Assembly (NCBI GenBank): GCA_902791425.1
Contig: CADAVS010000001.1
Coordinates: 1-58,201, forward strand
From: an uncultured Ruminococcus sp.
GTDB taxonomy: Bacteria > Bacillota > Clostridia > Monoglobales > Monoglobaceae
DNA length: 58,201 bases
Reading direction: 5' to 3'
Shown: positions 1-10,178 of the stretch, piece by piece
Position numbering within the stretch: the first letter of the stretch is position 1
How the letters are laid out: each line of letters opens with the position of its first letter
The notes under the pieces: model-generated
What the model was told of the DNA's origin: nothing
Seen by the model: only the letters and a program-made list of their open reading frames with translations
The model's database searches: none
Program-made: the position numbers and the translations under genes

Positions 1-1
1 G

Positions 2-553
2 AAAAGAGGCAAAAAGCTCTGTTCTGTTGAAAAGAGCAATGTTTTGGACTCAAGCAGACTTTGGAAAAGGGTTATGCACAAATTGGCTGAGGAATATCCC
101 GAGGTTGAGCTTTCGGATATGTTGGTGGACAATTGTGCTATGCAGATAGTTAAAAACCCTGCACAGTTTGATGTTATCGTAACAGAGAATATGTTTGGCG
201 ATATCTTATCAGACGAGGCATCTATGATAACAGGCTCCATAGGTATGATACCTTCTTCAAGTTTAGGAAGTACCTCTTGCGGCTTGTATGAGCCAATTCA
301 CGGCTCTGCACCTGACATTGCGGGAACAGATGTTGCCAATCCTATCGGAACCATATTATCTGCGGCAATGATGTTGAGATACAGCTTTGATATGGCAAAT
401 GAGGCAGACGCAATAGAAAACGCTGTTTCAGCTTTTCTTGACAAGGGGTACAGAACAGCAGATATTATGCCAAACGGCGAAGATGCTGAAAACTGCATAA
501 AGGTTGGCTGCAAGGAATGCGGCAAGCTTATAATAGAAAATTTAAAAAGATAA
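2..553 (+). CDS. leuB: 3-isopropylmalate dehydrogenase, C-terminal part (5' end lies outside the window)
   Basis: The frame is open from the window edge. Motifs [26 protein letters not shown] and [12 protein letters not shown] are typical of LeuB. It lies directly upstream of the ilv genes. Confidence 0.9.
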   Translation, partial: KRGKKLCSVEKSNVLDSSRLWKRVMHKLAEEYPEVELSDMLVDNCAMQIVKNPAQFDVIVTENMFGDILSDEASMITGSIGMIPSSSLGSTSCGLYEPIHGSAPDIAGTDVANPIGTILSAAMMLRYSFDMANEADAIENAVSAFLDKGYRTADIMPNGEDAENCIKVGCKECGKLIIENLKR

Positions 554-572
554 TCAGTTAAGGGGTGATGTA

Positions 573-2240
573 ATGATTTTATCCGGGGCGGACATAATTG
601 TAAAAACATTAATAGAACAAGGGTGTGACGTTGTTTTCGGATATCCGGGCGGACAGATAATTAATGTATATGACTCTTTGTATAAATATCAGGATGAGAT
701 TACTCATATCTTGACAGCACACGAGCAGGGAGCAACCCACGCTGCTGACGGATATGCAAGAACAACAGGAAAGCCGGGGGTTGTTATTTCGACTTCAGGA
801 CCGGGTGCGACCAACTTAGTCACAGGTATTGCCACAGCGTATCTCGATTCTGTTCCGCTTGTTGCCATATGCGGAAACGTGCCTACCACTCAGATAGGCA
901 CAGACAGCTTTCAGGAAATTGATATTACGGGTATAACCTTGCCTATTACCAAGCATAATTATTTTGTCGGAAATGTGGAATCCCTTGCGGATACTATAAG
1001 AGAGGCATTCAAGCTTGCGGTATCAGGCAGACCGGGACCTGTGTTGGTTGATATTCCCAAGGATGTTCAGATGGCAATGTGTGAGTATACTCAGCATAAT
1101 GTGGCAGAGCCTGAAGAAAAGAAGGCGGCAAAGGATATCAGAATTCAAGAAGCGGCAGAATGTATTAATGCCTCCAAAAGACCTTATATCTACTTTGGCG
1201 GCGGTCTTATTACTGCAGAGGCACAGGAAGAAATGTTGGCACTTGCAGATAAGATAGACGCACCTATAGGCTGTTCATTGATGGGACTTTCGGGCATACC
1301 GACAGATACAGAGAGATTTTTGGGAATGCAGGGTATGCACGGACACTATGCTTCGTCAATGGCTATGCATCACGCGGATTGTATCATATCCTTGGGTGTA
1401 AGATTTAATGACAGAGTAACGGGAAACAGAGAAAAGTTTGCCACAACAGCAAAGATTGTTCATATTGATGTTGACGGCTCTGAGCTTTCAAAGACTGTAA
1501 ATTCTGCACACGGACTTCGAGGCGATGTAAAGCTGACACTTCAAAAGCTGTTGCCCTTGATTAAAGAGGATGCAAAGCCTATGTGGCAGAACGAAATCAA
1601 AGAGTTCAAGACAGAAGAAGTTAAAAATTCAGATACTCGTGACAGCCTGACGCCTAAAAATACTATTCAGACATTGAACAAGTTCTTGGGCGAGAATACC
1701 GCCGTTGCAACGGATGTAGGTCAGCATCAGATGTGGGCGGCTCAAAATCTTTCGTTTAAGAAGTCAAGACGCTTTGCGTCAAGCGGCGGCTTGGGAACAA
1801 TGGGCTTTGGTATGGGTGCCGCAATCGGTGCGGCGTTCGGCACAGGTGAGAGAACAGTTCTTGTCACAGGTGACGGCAGCTTTGGTATGTGCTTAAATGA
1901 GCTTGCAACTGCTGTTACATACAATATTCCGATTGTTATTCTGTTGATGAACAACGGAGTTTTGGGAATGGTAAGACAATGGCAGACCTTGTTCTTTGAC
2001 AAGCATTATTCAAATACGGTGCTTGACAGAAAAACCGACTTTATTAAGTTGGCAAAGGCTTTCGGTGCAGATGGCGAGAGGGCAGATTCTGTTGCCGAGC
2101 TTGAAAAAGCGTTGGAAAATGCCTTTAACTGTTCGGGTCCATATGTGATAGATTGTGCTGTCGACAAAGACGAGTTTGTTCTTCCTATGCTTCCTCCCGG
2201 CGGCTCAATGGATGATATTATTGTAAAGGTGGGTGATTGA
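573..2240 (+). CDS. ilvB: acetolactate synthase large (catalytic) subunit, ThDP-dependent
   Basis: 555 aa. It has the GYPGG start region, the ThDP-binding GDGSF...NNG motif and full-length AHAS architecture. The ilvN gene overlaps its stop. Confidence 0.93.
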   Translation: MILSGADIIVKTLIEQGCDVVFGYPGGQIINVYDSLYKYQDEITHILTAHEQGATHAADGYARTTGKPGVVISTSGPGATNLVTGIATAYLDSVPLVAICGNVPTTQIGTDSFQEIDITGITLPITKHNYFVGNVESLADTIREAFKLAVSGRPGPVLVDIPKDVQMAMCEYTQHNVAEPEEKKAAKDIRIQEAAECINASKRPYIYFGGGLITAEAQEEMLALADKIDAPIGCSLMGLSGIPTDTERFLGMQGMHGHYASSMAMHHADCIISLGVRFNDRVTGNREKFATTAKIVHIDVDGSELSKTVNSAHGLRGDVKLTLQKLLPLIKEDAKPMWQNEIKEFKTEEVKNSDTRDSLTPKNTIQTLNKFLGENTAVATDVGQHQMWAAQNLSFKKSRRFASSGGLGTMGFGMGAAIGAAFGTGERTVLVTGDGSFGMCLNELATAVTYNIPIVILLMNNGVLGMVRQWQTLFFDKHYSNTVLDRKTDFIKLAKAFGADGERADSVAELEKALENAFNCSGPYVIDCAVDKDEFVLPMLPPGGSMDDIIVKVGD

Positions 2241-2748
2241 TGTGGCAAGATTTACTGTGGCTGTCCTTGTAAACAACCATTTTGGCGTATTGAACCGCGT
2301 AACAAGTATGTTCAGACGCCGTCAGTTCAACATCAGTGCATTGACGGTAAGTGAGACGGAGTCAAATGAGTATTCACGTATCACAGTTGTATTCGATGGT
2401 GATGAACAAAATAAACAACAGCTTGTAAATCAGCTGTATAAGTTGCCTGATGTATGCTCCGTAAGCGAGTTAAAGGACGACGATTCAATTAACTGCGAAT
2501 TGTTGTTGATTAAGCTTGCAAACAACGCAGAAACAAGAGATGAAATTATGGCTGCGACAACTGCCTTTGAAGCCAAGATAATGGATTATTCAAAGGACTC
2601 ACTTATTTTACAGCTTACGGGTACAAGCAGACGTATTGATGATTTTATAAATTTAATGCGCGACTTTGAAATTCTGGAAATATGCAGAACGGGTAGCGTA
2701 TCCCTTGAAAAGGGAAGTTCAACTATAAGAAAAGTAACAAATTTTTAA
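2233..2748 (+). CDS. ilvN: acetolactate synthase small (regulatory) subunit, ACT domain
   Basis: 171 aa with a GTG start overlapping the ilvB stop. VLVNNHFGVLNRVTSMFRRRQFNI is the ACT-domain signature of IlvN/IlvH. Confidence 0.9.
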   Translation: MIDVARFTVAVLVNNHFGVLNRVTSMFRRRQFNISALTVSETESNEYSRITVVFDGDEQNKQQLVNQLYKLPDVCSVSELKDDDSINCELLLIKLANNAETRDEIMAATTAFEAKIMDYSKDSLILQLTGTSRRIDDFINLMRDFEILEICRTGSVSLEKGSSTIRKVTNF

Positions 2749-2756
2749 TATATTAA

Positions 2757-3791
<1,035 letters not shown>

Positions 3792-3837
3792 TCGTCAATT
3801 ACTTGCAACAATTGTATTTAAGAGAGGAGAAACATCA

Positions 3838-5493
3838 ATGAAAAGCGATTCATTAAAGGCAGGGGCACAAAATGCCCCACACAGAGCTTTATATCACGCT
3901 CTCGGAATGACAGAAGAAGAAATAAACAGACCGCTTGTGGGCATTGTAAGCTCATATAACGAGATTGTTCCCGGACATATGAATATCGACAAAATAGTTG
4001 ACGCTGTTAGAATGGGCGTTGCTATGGCAGGCGGAACACCTATTGTCTTTCCCGCAATTGCTGTATGTGACGGAATTGCTATGGGACATACAGGTATGAA
4101 GTATTCTCTTGTCACACGTGACCTGATTGCCGACTCTACCGAGGCAATGGCTATGGCTCACGGCTTTGACGCACTTGTTATGGTTCCCAACTGTGACAAG
4201 AACGTGCCCGGACTTTTGATGGCGGCGGCAAGGCTTAATGTTCCAACTGTATTTGTAAGCGGCGGACCAATGCTTGCCGGCAGAATTGACGGCAAAAAGA
4301 CAAGCTTTTCGTCTATTTCAGAGGCTGTCGGCGAATTTAACGCCGGTAAAATAACCGAGGAAAAGCTCCGTGAATATGAGTGCAAAACCTGTCCCACTTG
4401 CGGTTCCTGTTCGGGAATGTATACTGCCAACTCAATGAACTGTTTGACAGAGGCTCTCGGTATGGGACTTAAGGGCAACGGAACTATTCCTGCAGTATAT
4501 TCTGCACGTATCGAGCTTGCAAAGCACGCAGGAATGAAGGTTATGGAGCTTTTGGAAAAGAATATCCGTCCTCGCGATATTATGACAGAGGAGGCATTGA
4601 TGAATGCTTTGACAGTTGATATGGCACTTGGCTGCTCTACCAACAGTATGCTTCACCTCCCTGCAATCGCTCACGAATGCGGTGTTGAAATAAACCTTGA
4701 TATTGCAAATAAAATTAGCGAAAAGACACCTAACCTTTGTCATTTGGCACCTGCAGGCAGAACATATATCGAAGAACTTGACGAGGCGGGCGGTGTTTAC
4801 GCTGTTATGAACGAGCTTGACAAAAAAGGCTTGCTGAATACGGATTGCATAACCGTAACAGGAAAAACTGTGGGTGAAAATATTAAGAATTGCATCAATC
4901 TCAATCACGAGGTAATCAGACCCATCGAAAATCCGTACAGCGAAACAGGCGGTATCGCTGTATTGAGAGGTAACCTTGCCCCCGAGGGCAGCGTTGTTAA
5001 GCGTTCGGCAGTATTGCCCGCGATGCTTGTTCACGAAGGTCCGGCAAGAGTTTTCGAGTGCGAGGAAGATGCTCAAGCCGCAATAAATGCAGGCAAGATA
5101 AACCCCGGTGATGTAGTCGTTATCAGATACGAAGGTCCTAAGGGTGGACCGGGTATGCGTGAAATGCTCAATCCTACATCTGCCATAATGGGTATGGGCT
5201 TGGGCAACAGCGTTGCACTTATTACTGACGGACGTTTCAGCGGTGCAACAAGAGGTGCTTGTGTAGGTCATATCACACCTGAGGCGGCAAGCGGCGGTTT
5301 AATCGGTGTTGTAAACGAAGGCGATATTATTAGCATAAATATTCCGGAAAACAAGATCGAACTTAAAGTTCCGCAAGATGAGCTTGACGAGCGTATGAAG
5401 AACTTTACACCTAAAAAGAAGGAGCTGACAGGCTATCTTAAGCGTTATGCCGAGATGGTGTCAGGCGGTGCTTCGGGGGCGATTTTAAACTAA
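3838..5493 (+). CDS. ilvD: dihydroxy-acid dehydratase
   Basis: 551 aa. Fe-S ligand region [11 protein letters not shown] and ITDGRFSG motifs are present. RBS GAGAGGAG lies upstream. Confidence 0.95.
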   Translation: MKSDSLKAGAQNAPHRALYHALGMTEEEINRPLVGIVSSYNEIVPGHMNIDKIVDAVRMGVAMAGGTPIVFPAIAVCDGIAMGHTGMKYSLVTRDLIADSTEAMAMAHGFDALVMVPNCDKNVPGLLMAAARLNVPTVFVSGGPMLAGRIDGKKTSFSSISEAVGEFNAGKITEEKLREYECKTCPTCGSCSGMYTANSMNCLTEALGMGLKGNGTIPAVYSARIELAKHAGMKVMELLEKNIRPRDIMTEEALMNALTVDMALGCSTNSMLHLPAIAHECGVEINLDIANKISEKTPNLCHLAPAGRTYIEELDEAGGVYAVMNELDKKGLLNTDCITVTGKTVGENIKNCINLNHEVIRPIENPYSETGGIAVLRGNLAPEGSVVKRSAVLPAMLVHEGPARVFECEEDAQAAINAGKINPGDVVVIRYEGPKGGPGMREMLNPTSAIMGMGLGNSVALITDGRFSGATRGACVGHITPEAASGGLIGVVNEGDIISINIPENKIELKVPQDELDERMKNFTPKKKELTGYLKRYAEMVSGGASGAILN

Positions 5494-5494
5494 A

Positions 5495-6676
5495 ATGCTG
5501 TACTCGAATTTAGACAAACTAAAATTGCAGTTGGACTCTCTTGCGGTGTTCAGAGGATTGCTGTCGGATGATGTGGTTGCATCTCTGTATAACTATCTTG
5601 ACAATCCTACTGTAAGAGGATATTCAGACTTTGTTGCAAAGCTTTACAGAGCAAATATGGGAAACCTGAGCAAGCACATAAATTCAATCTGCGAAAATGA
5701 TGAAAACGTGTACGTAAAGGCAATAGGCAACGGCGAGAGTGTGCCTGAATATTTAAGCCAATGCGTAAAAAACGAACTGCAGATACTTCAAAGTGTTGCA
5801 GAAATTTCGGCGGAGGAATTATGTCAGTCCCTTGAATGGAGCGAGGCTTTGCCAAAGTTTTGTTCGGATAATATCAGCCTGTCTGATAATTATGCTCACA
5901 GAACAAAGAATATCGGCAAATACGGATATGGCGTATATGCTAAATATTCGATGTTCTATGTTGACGATACGGGCAGTATCGTGCCTGTAAACAATCCGGA
6001 CTCTACACGTCTTAGCGACCTGTTGGATTACAAGCGTGAGCAGCAGATAATTATTGACAATACAAAGGCTCTGCTTGAGGGCAAGCCTGCCGCAAACATT
6101 CTGCTGACAGGCGATGCGGGAACAGGCAAATCGTCTACCATAAAGGCTGTAACAAATGAGCTGTTTTCTGAGGGCTTGCGTATAATCGAAATGAGTAAGG
6201 ATAAGCTGAGTGTTATCCCTAAAATTTTGAACGAGCTTGCAGATAACCCGTTGAAGTTTATAATATTCATAGACGACCTTTCGTTTTTGAAGGATGACGA
6301 TAACTTTAACGCATTAAAGGCGGTGCTTGAAGGCTCTGTTTCGGCAAAGTCAAAAAATGTTGTAATATATGCAACAAGCAATCGTCGCCACATTATCAGA
6401 GAAACCTTTGGAGAGCGTGGGGATGACGATATTCACCGCAACGAAACAATGCAGGAGATAATATCTTTGTCAGAGCGTTTTGGAATACATATAACCTTCC
6501 AAAAGCCCAATAAGGATACATTCTTGCGTATTGTATACGGGCTTGCAGAGGCAAATGGCATTGATATGCCTAAGGAGGAGTTAGCCGCACAGGCTGAAAG
6601 AATGGCGTTGGAACGCGGCGGACGTTCTGCAAGGCTTGCTAAGCAGTATATAGATTATCTATTGTCTGCAAAATAA
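5495..6676 (+). CDS. AAA+ ATPase of the DUF815 family (function unknown)
   Basis: 393 aa. Walker A is GDAGTGKSS and Walker B is IIFIDDLSF. The start is 1 nt after the ilvD stop, so it is probably co-transcribed. Confidence 0.75.
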   Translation: MLYSNLDKLKLQLDSLAVFRGLLSDDVVASLYNYLDNPTVRGYSDFVAKLYRANMGNLSKHINSICENDENVYVKAIGNGESVPEYLSQCVKNELQILQSVAEISAEELCQSLEWSEALPKFCSDNISLSDNYAHRTKNIGKYGYGVYAKYSMFYVDDTGSIVPVNNPDSTRLSDLLDYKREQQIIIDNTKALLEGKPAANILLTGDAGTGKSSTIKAVTNELFSEGLRIIEMSKDKLSVIPKILNELADNPLKFIIFIDDLSFLKDDDNFNALKAVLEGSVSAKSKNVVIYATSNRRHIIRETFGERGDDDIHRNETMQEIISLSERFGIHITFQKPNKDTFLRIVYGLAEANGIDMPKEELAAQAERMALERGGRSARLAKQYIDYLLSAK

Positions 6677-6753
6677 AATGCGTCAACACCTGAGTTAATA
6701 AGGTGAATATTATTGTCGTTTTACGGCAATAAATTACAGAATATAATTATAAT

Positions 6754-6791
6754 GGCTGTTGCAAGCACTGTTCTGTGTGCTTGCAACAGCC
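6754..6791. terminator. bidirectional intrinsic terminator between the DUF815 gene and spoIIID
   Basis: Perfect 15-bp stem GGCTGTTGCAAGCAC / GTGCTTGCAACAGCC with an 8-nt loop, placed between convergent genes. Confidence 0.8.
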
Positions 6792-6796
6792 TGTTT

Positions 6797-7063
6797 CTAT
6801 CCTGCGTTTTTTTGTCGGCGGTATTTTTCGCGTGTGGCATAGCCGCCTCTGATGTGTCGCTCCTGCTTGTTTTCGGTGAGAATTTTACGCACGTCTGCTG
6901 CAAGTCTGCCGTTTATATCAAGCAGACGTTCTGTCACGTCTTTATGTACGGTTGATTTTGAAATTCCAAACTTACGTGCGGCTTCTCTGACTGTGCATTT
7001 GTTCTGAATGATATATTCTGCAAGCTCAACAGTTCTTTCTTCTATAATGTGACTTTGACGCAT
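6797..7063 (-). CDS. spoIIID: stage III sporulation protein D (mother-cell transcription regulator)
   Basis: 88 aa from the ATG at 7063, with a GGGAGTG RBS 6 nt upstream. The HTH FGISKSTVHKDVTERL and the C-terminal HIRGGYATREKY closely resemble B. subtilis SpoIIID. Confidence 0.9.
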   Translation of the reverse strand: MRQSHIIEERTVELAEYIIQNKCTVREAARKFGISKSTVHKDVTERLLDINGRLAADVRKILTENKQERHIRGGYATREKYRRQKNAG

Positions 7064-7178
7064 ATAAATCACTCCCATATATTATGCTATTTCAAATATA
7101 TGACCAATATATGGGTTTTAGAATTTATATTATTGCAATACAATTAACTTATATCATTTATGATTATATTAAATGGCA

Positions 7179-7548
7179 TTATTTCATCTTTTTCAGTACT
7201 TCCTCAAATACTGTACCGATGCTGTCCCTGAATACCAAATCAGAATTATTGTCAAAAGCCGTGCAATTCAATTACTTTGCAACTGCCTGCCCTTTGATGA
7301 AGTCAGTCTATATTTTGGGAAATAACCGCTTTTAATTTGCCCATTTCTTCAAGCACGGCAAGTGATTTATGTGTCTTATTCGGCTCTGCCTCTGATGTGA
7401 AATATTTTCTGTAAAAATCATAGAAAACATCAGGATAATCTTTGAAAAGGTCTATGCTGAGTATCGTTTCGGGCGATATTCCCGCACCGCCAAAGAACAC
7501 AATATTGTTACATTCATTTATCATATTTGCAAATTTTTCTATATTCAT
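7179..7548 (-). pseudogene. decayed NAD-dependent deacylase (Sir2/CobB family) remnant
   Basis: The N-terminal part has FFGGAGIS and VISQNID, followed by an in-frame TGA where the Gly of QNIDGLH is expected. It continues LHQRAGSCKVIELHGF and stops. A C-terminal-like tail (SDLVFRDSIGTVFEEVL) sits in another frame. The Zn-ribbon and catalytic core are missing. Confidence 0.75.
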
Positions 7549-7556
7549 AGTTAACC

Positions 7557-7871
7557 TCAATCTGCATCCTCATTAAGTGCCTCAATCAAGAAACTGACAG
7601 GGCGGAAACCATCGTTACAGGAAATCATTGCAGATTTCTTGTTTTTCATCCATCCGTCATAAAAGTCCTCTGCCCCGTGAGAAAGTGCCATAACAAAGGC
7701 GGACATACTATCCCAAGCACTGTCGCACATACCGTCAGGCTTTTGCCAGCCGTTTGCAACAAAGGTTTGACCTACTTTCATATCACAGGCGTGCTCAATA
7801 GGATTTTCGTATTTTTCAATCAAATCCTCATAGCGAGCCATTTTCATTACTGTAATTTTACATTTTTTCAA
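7557..7871 (-). CDS. TIGR04076-like small Cys-containing protein (function unknown)
   Basis: 104 aa. A TTG start lies 9 nt after GGAG. The length and pattern (KITV..., VGQTF, PDGMCDSAW, ISCNDGFRPVSF) match my recollection of the TIGR04076 family. Confidence 0.6.
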   Translation of the reverse strand: MKKCKITVMKMARYEDLIEKYENPIEHACDMKVGQTFVANGWQKPDGMCDSAWDSMSAFVMALSHGAEDFYDGWMKNKKSAMISCNDGFRPVSFLIEALNEDAD

Positions 7872-7941
7872 GGGTTACATCTCCTTTTCAAACTCAAAAA
7901 TCCCATTAAAATACCTGTTATATTCATTTTCCAATTTCATC

Positions 7942-8379
7942 TCATCTTTTCTTAAATATAACAAGTTCGGGGTCTGCACCATTTTCTTTATATGTGCAAA
8001 CGAGCAAAAAGTCCATTCCTGCAGCCATACCGAAGCATTTGTTATCGGTATCAAACTCACATTCAGCCTGTGCACCAAGATAAATCTCGTTATCATCGAG
8101 AAATTTTTGCTTTGTTCCATTTGGCAGGGAATATTCCAAATTAACATATGCACCATTCAAGGCATAAAGTTCAGTAATTTTGGACATTCCCTCTATGTTT
8201 AATGCATTAAACTCCGCAATTAATTTCTTTTTAAATGCATTATATGCATCTATGCCTCCAATTTTTATGTAATTTGCAATGAAACATTTCTTTCCGAAAG
8301 GTGAATCACAGCCTTTGCAGCCGCAGTTATTGCCGTATTCACAATTTGAGCAATCTGCCCCACATAGTCCTTTCATCAT
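7942..8379 (-). CDS. DUF3795-like cysteine-rich protein (function unknown)
   Basis: 145 aa. The N-terminus CGADCSNCEYGNNCGCKGC is typical of DUF3795 in anaerobes. Its start lies 2 nt after the upstream DUF5131 gene. Confidence 0.65.
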   Translation of the reverse strand: MMKGLCGADCSNCEYGNNCGCKGCDSPFGKKCFIANYIKIGGIDAYNAFKKKLIAEFNALNIEGMSKITELYALNGAYVNLEYSLPNGTKQKFLDDNEIYLGAQAECEFDTDNKCFGMAAGMDFLLVCTYKENGADPELVIFKKR

Positions 8380-8380
8380 C

Positions 8381-9097
8381 CTACTTCCTTTCGTAATCTA
8401 TTCCTGCAAGTCTGGCTTGTTTCATCAAATCTTTTGTTTGCAGCTTGTACTTCTTTCCGTCTTTAATAAAATGCGTACCGCATTGACGGAACTCAAAGCT
8501 GACATTTTTATTTATACATTGTTCTCTGATGTGCAGCACCCAAGCATAGTTTAGAGGTCTTGCATACATATCCGACTCGCCGCCTACAATTACACTTTCA
8601 ATACCATCTAAATATTTTTCTATGTAAAGGTCGGAAATCAGCGGTTGTGCTGTGATTTGCTTATGCTTTATGGGCAGGTCCTTGAAGATGGAAAGCTTGT
8701 AATCGGCATTTTTCTGATTTTCTATAGTGCAGCAAACTACAACATTATCGTATCCGTCACCCCAATCGTCAGGAATACAATCCATAAACCTGTCAATCCG
8801 CTTGGTCAGAAACAAAAATATACAGTCCTTACGCTCTTTTATCATCTGCCAACATTCGTATCTCCAACCGTCTGCCTCTTCAATGAGAAAATCGGTAGAA
8901 AAGCATAGATAAACAAGCCCCGATTTCATTTTATATTCGCCGTTTTTCTTTTTATCTATGGGTTTTGAAAAATCCTTTGTTTTTACAATTTCATCTGTGT
9001 TGACCTTGCGTTTTGCGTCGCCTTTATGTATATAGCAGTGCAAACATCCGTCACTGCATTTGTGGCAACCTCGCCACGGACTCCACATTGATGCCAT
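8381..9097 (-). CDS. DUF5131 (phage Gp37/Gp68-like) protein with an N-terminal Cx3Cx2C motif
   Basis: 238 aa. The N-terminus WSPWRGCHKCSDGCLHCY has the family hallmark and contains CSDGCLHC (Cx3Cx2C). Confidence 0.7.
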   Translation of the reverse strand: MASMWSPWRGCHKCSDGCLHCYIHKGDAKRKVNTDEIVKTKDFSKPIDKKKNGEYKMKSGLVYLCFSTDFLIEEADGWRYECWQMIKERKDCIFLFLTKRIDRFMDCIPDDWGDGYDNVVVCCTIENQKNADYKLSIFKDLPIKHKQITAQPLISDLYIEKYLDGIESVIVGGESDMYARPLNYAWVLHIREQCINKNVSFEFRQCGTHFIKDGKKYKLQTKDLMKQARLAGIDYERK

Positions 9098-9117
9098 AAT
9101 AACACCGCCGTTCTATA

Positions 9118-9699
9118 TTAAATTGTTAATTTAAACATTCCGTGCTTGTTGCAATAGGCATATAACATCCCGTGTCCTTTTCTCTTGAACCTGACGCATA
9201 CATCTTGCTCGGGATACAGCTTTTTTATCTCAAGAGTATCGCTTGAAATATATACTATAAAAGAAATATAGTGATTTTTGCTCATAGAATGTGCCATTGT
9301 AATCAGGAGCTCGTTTTCTGCTTGCTCCACGCACATTTGGTGTTCGCTGTCAGGTGCTTCAGCTTCAAGCTTGGGCAGATTTATGCCACAGCAAGTAAAA
9401 CAGCCATCACCCATAGAATTGATAACATTACCGCAAATTGGGCAGACATAAAACTGCATTTTCTTCATATTGGCTGATATATTTTCGTTAATTCTTAAAT
9501 CCCCTGTCAACAGCTCCGAAAGTGAAACTCCCAACGCTTTTGCCAAATCCTCAATAACGCATAAATCGGGCAGACCTCTGTTGGTTTCCCATTTTGATAC
9601 CGCTTTGTCGCTCACCATTAGTTTGTCCGCAAGCTCTTTTTGAGTGAGATTTTGTTTCTCGCGAAGTTTTTTTATTGTTGTTCCGGTTACATATTCCAT
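9118..9699 (-). CDS. XRE-family HTH domain fused to a complete desulfoferrodoxin (desulforedoxin plus superoxide-reductase-like domains)
   Basis: 193 aa. The HTH is LTQKELADKLMVSDKAVSKWE. The Dx-like motif is CPICGN...CFTCCG. SOR centre-II-like ligand positions are SEHQM, AHSMSKNHYISF and YCNKHG. RBS AGGAGGG is present. Confidence 0.8.
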   Translation of the reverse strand: MEYVTGTTIKKLREKQNLTQKELADKLMVSDKAVSKWETNRGLPDLCVIEDLAKALGVSLSELLTGDLRINENISANMKKMQFYVCPICGNVINSMGDGCFTCCGINLPKLEAEAPDSEHQMCVEQAENELLITMAHSMSKNHYISFIVYISSDTLEIKKLYPEQDVCVRFKRKGHGMLYAYCNKHGMFKLTI

Positions 9700-9727
9700 T
9701 TTTTTGCCCTCCTTATTTGATGAACAA

Positions 9728-9756
9728 AGTATATCTCAAAAATGCTTGTTCTGCAA
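9728..9756 (-). promoter_or_regulatory. sigmaA-type promoter for the HTH-Dfx operon
   Basis: On the minus strand: TTGCAG, 17 nt, TATACT. The -35 overlaps one arm of the inverted repeat CTGCAAC(9751-9757)/GTTGCAG(9781-9787). Confidence 0.45.
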
Positions 9757-9809
9757 CCTACTTAAAGTAGAGGAGGGAGTGTTGCAGATTATATATTTAT
9801 GATACAAAA

Positions 9810-10163
9810 TTATTTGAGTTTTTCGCTCCATTCACTTTCTTTAAATCCAATCAAAACAAAGTCTGTGCCTATCACGAGAGGACGTTTTACAAGCATTCCG
9901 TCTGATGCAAGAAGCTTTAACTGTTCCTCATCAGACATAGCGGGAAGCTTTGTTTTAAGCTCCATTGACTTATACAATAGACCTGATGTGTTAAAAAACT
10001 TCTTTAGAGGCAGTCCGCTCATTTTGTACCAGGCAGACAGCTCCTCAAAATTCGGATTATTTTCTTTTATATCACGAAGTTCATATTCAATTTTGTTGTC
10101 ATCAAGCCATTTTTTCGCTTTTTGGCAGGTTGTGCATTTGGGGTAACAAATAAATTTTATCAT
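9810..10163 (-). CDS. ArsC/Spx-family thiol oxidoreductase-like protein
   Basis: 117 aa. It has an N-terminal CPKCTTCQKAKKWL and the GMLVKRPL motif of the ArsC/Spx/YffB fold. Confidence 0.8.
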   Translation of the reverse strand: MIKFICYPKCTTCQKAKKWLDDNKIEYELRDIKENNPNFEELSAWYKMSGLPLKKFFNTSGLLYKSMELKTKLPAMSDEEQLKLLASDGMLVKRPLVIGTDFVLIGFKESEWSEKLK

Positions 10164-10178
10164 AGTAATTCTCCATTC

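Noticed and set aside
4432-5271. 279-aa ORF on the minus strand inside ilvD, together with 3894-4115, 3952-4161 and 4158-4643.
   Set aside because: These ORFs are entirely antisense to a full-length, motif-rich dihydroxy-acid dehydratase gene. The translation is Cys/His/Thr-rich and low in complexity, with no RBS. They are typical shadow ORFs.
6713-6955. 80-aa plus-strand ORF and 60-aa minus-strand ORF overlapping the spoIIID 3' region and terminator.
   Set aside because: They overlap spoIIID and the 15-bp terminator stem. The hydrophobic translation is an artefact of the antisense frame.
7084-7178. SigmaE-type promoter upstream of spoIIID.
   Set aside because: CATATA and CATAAT-like strings are present, but the spacings I could derive (about 11 or about 19 nt) do not fit the sigmaE consensus geometry well enough to annotate.
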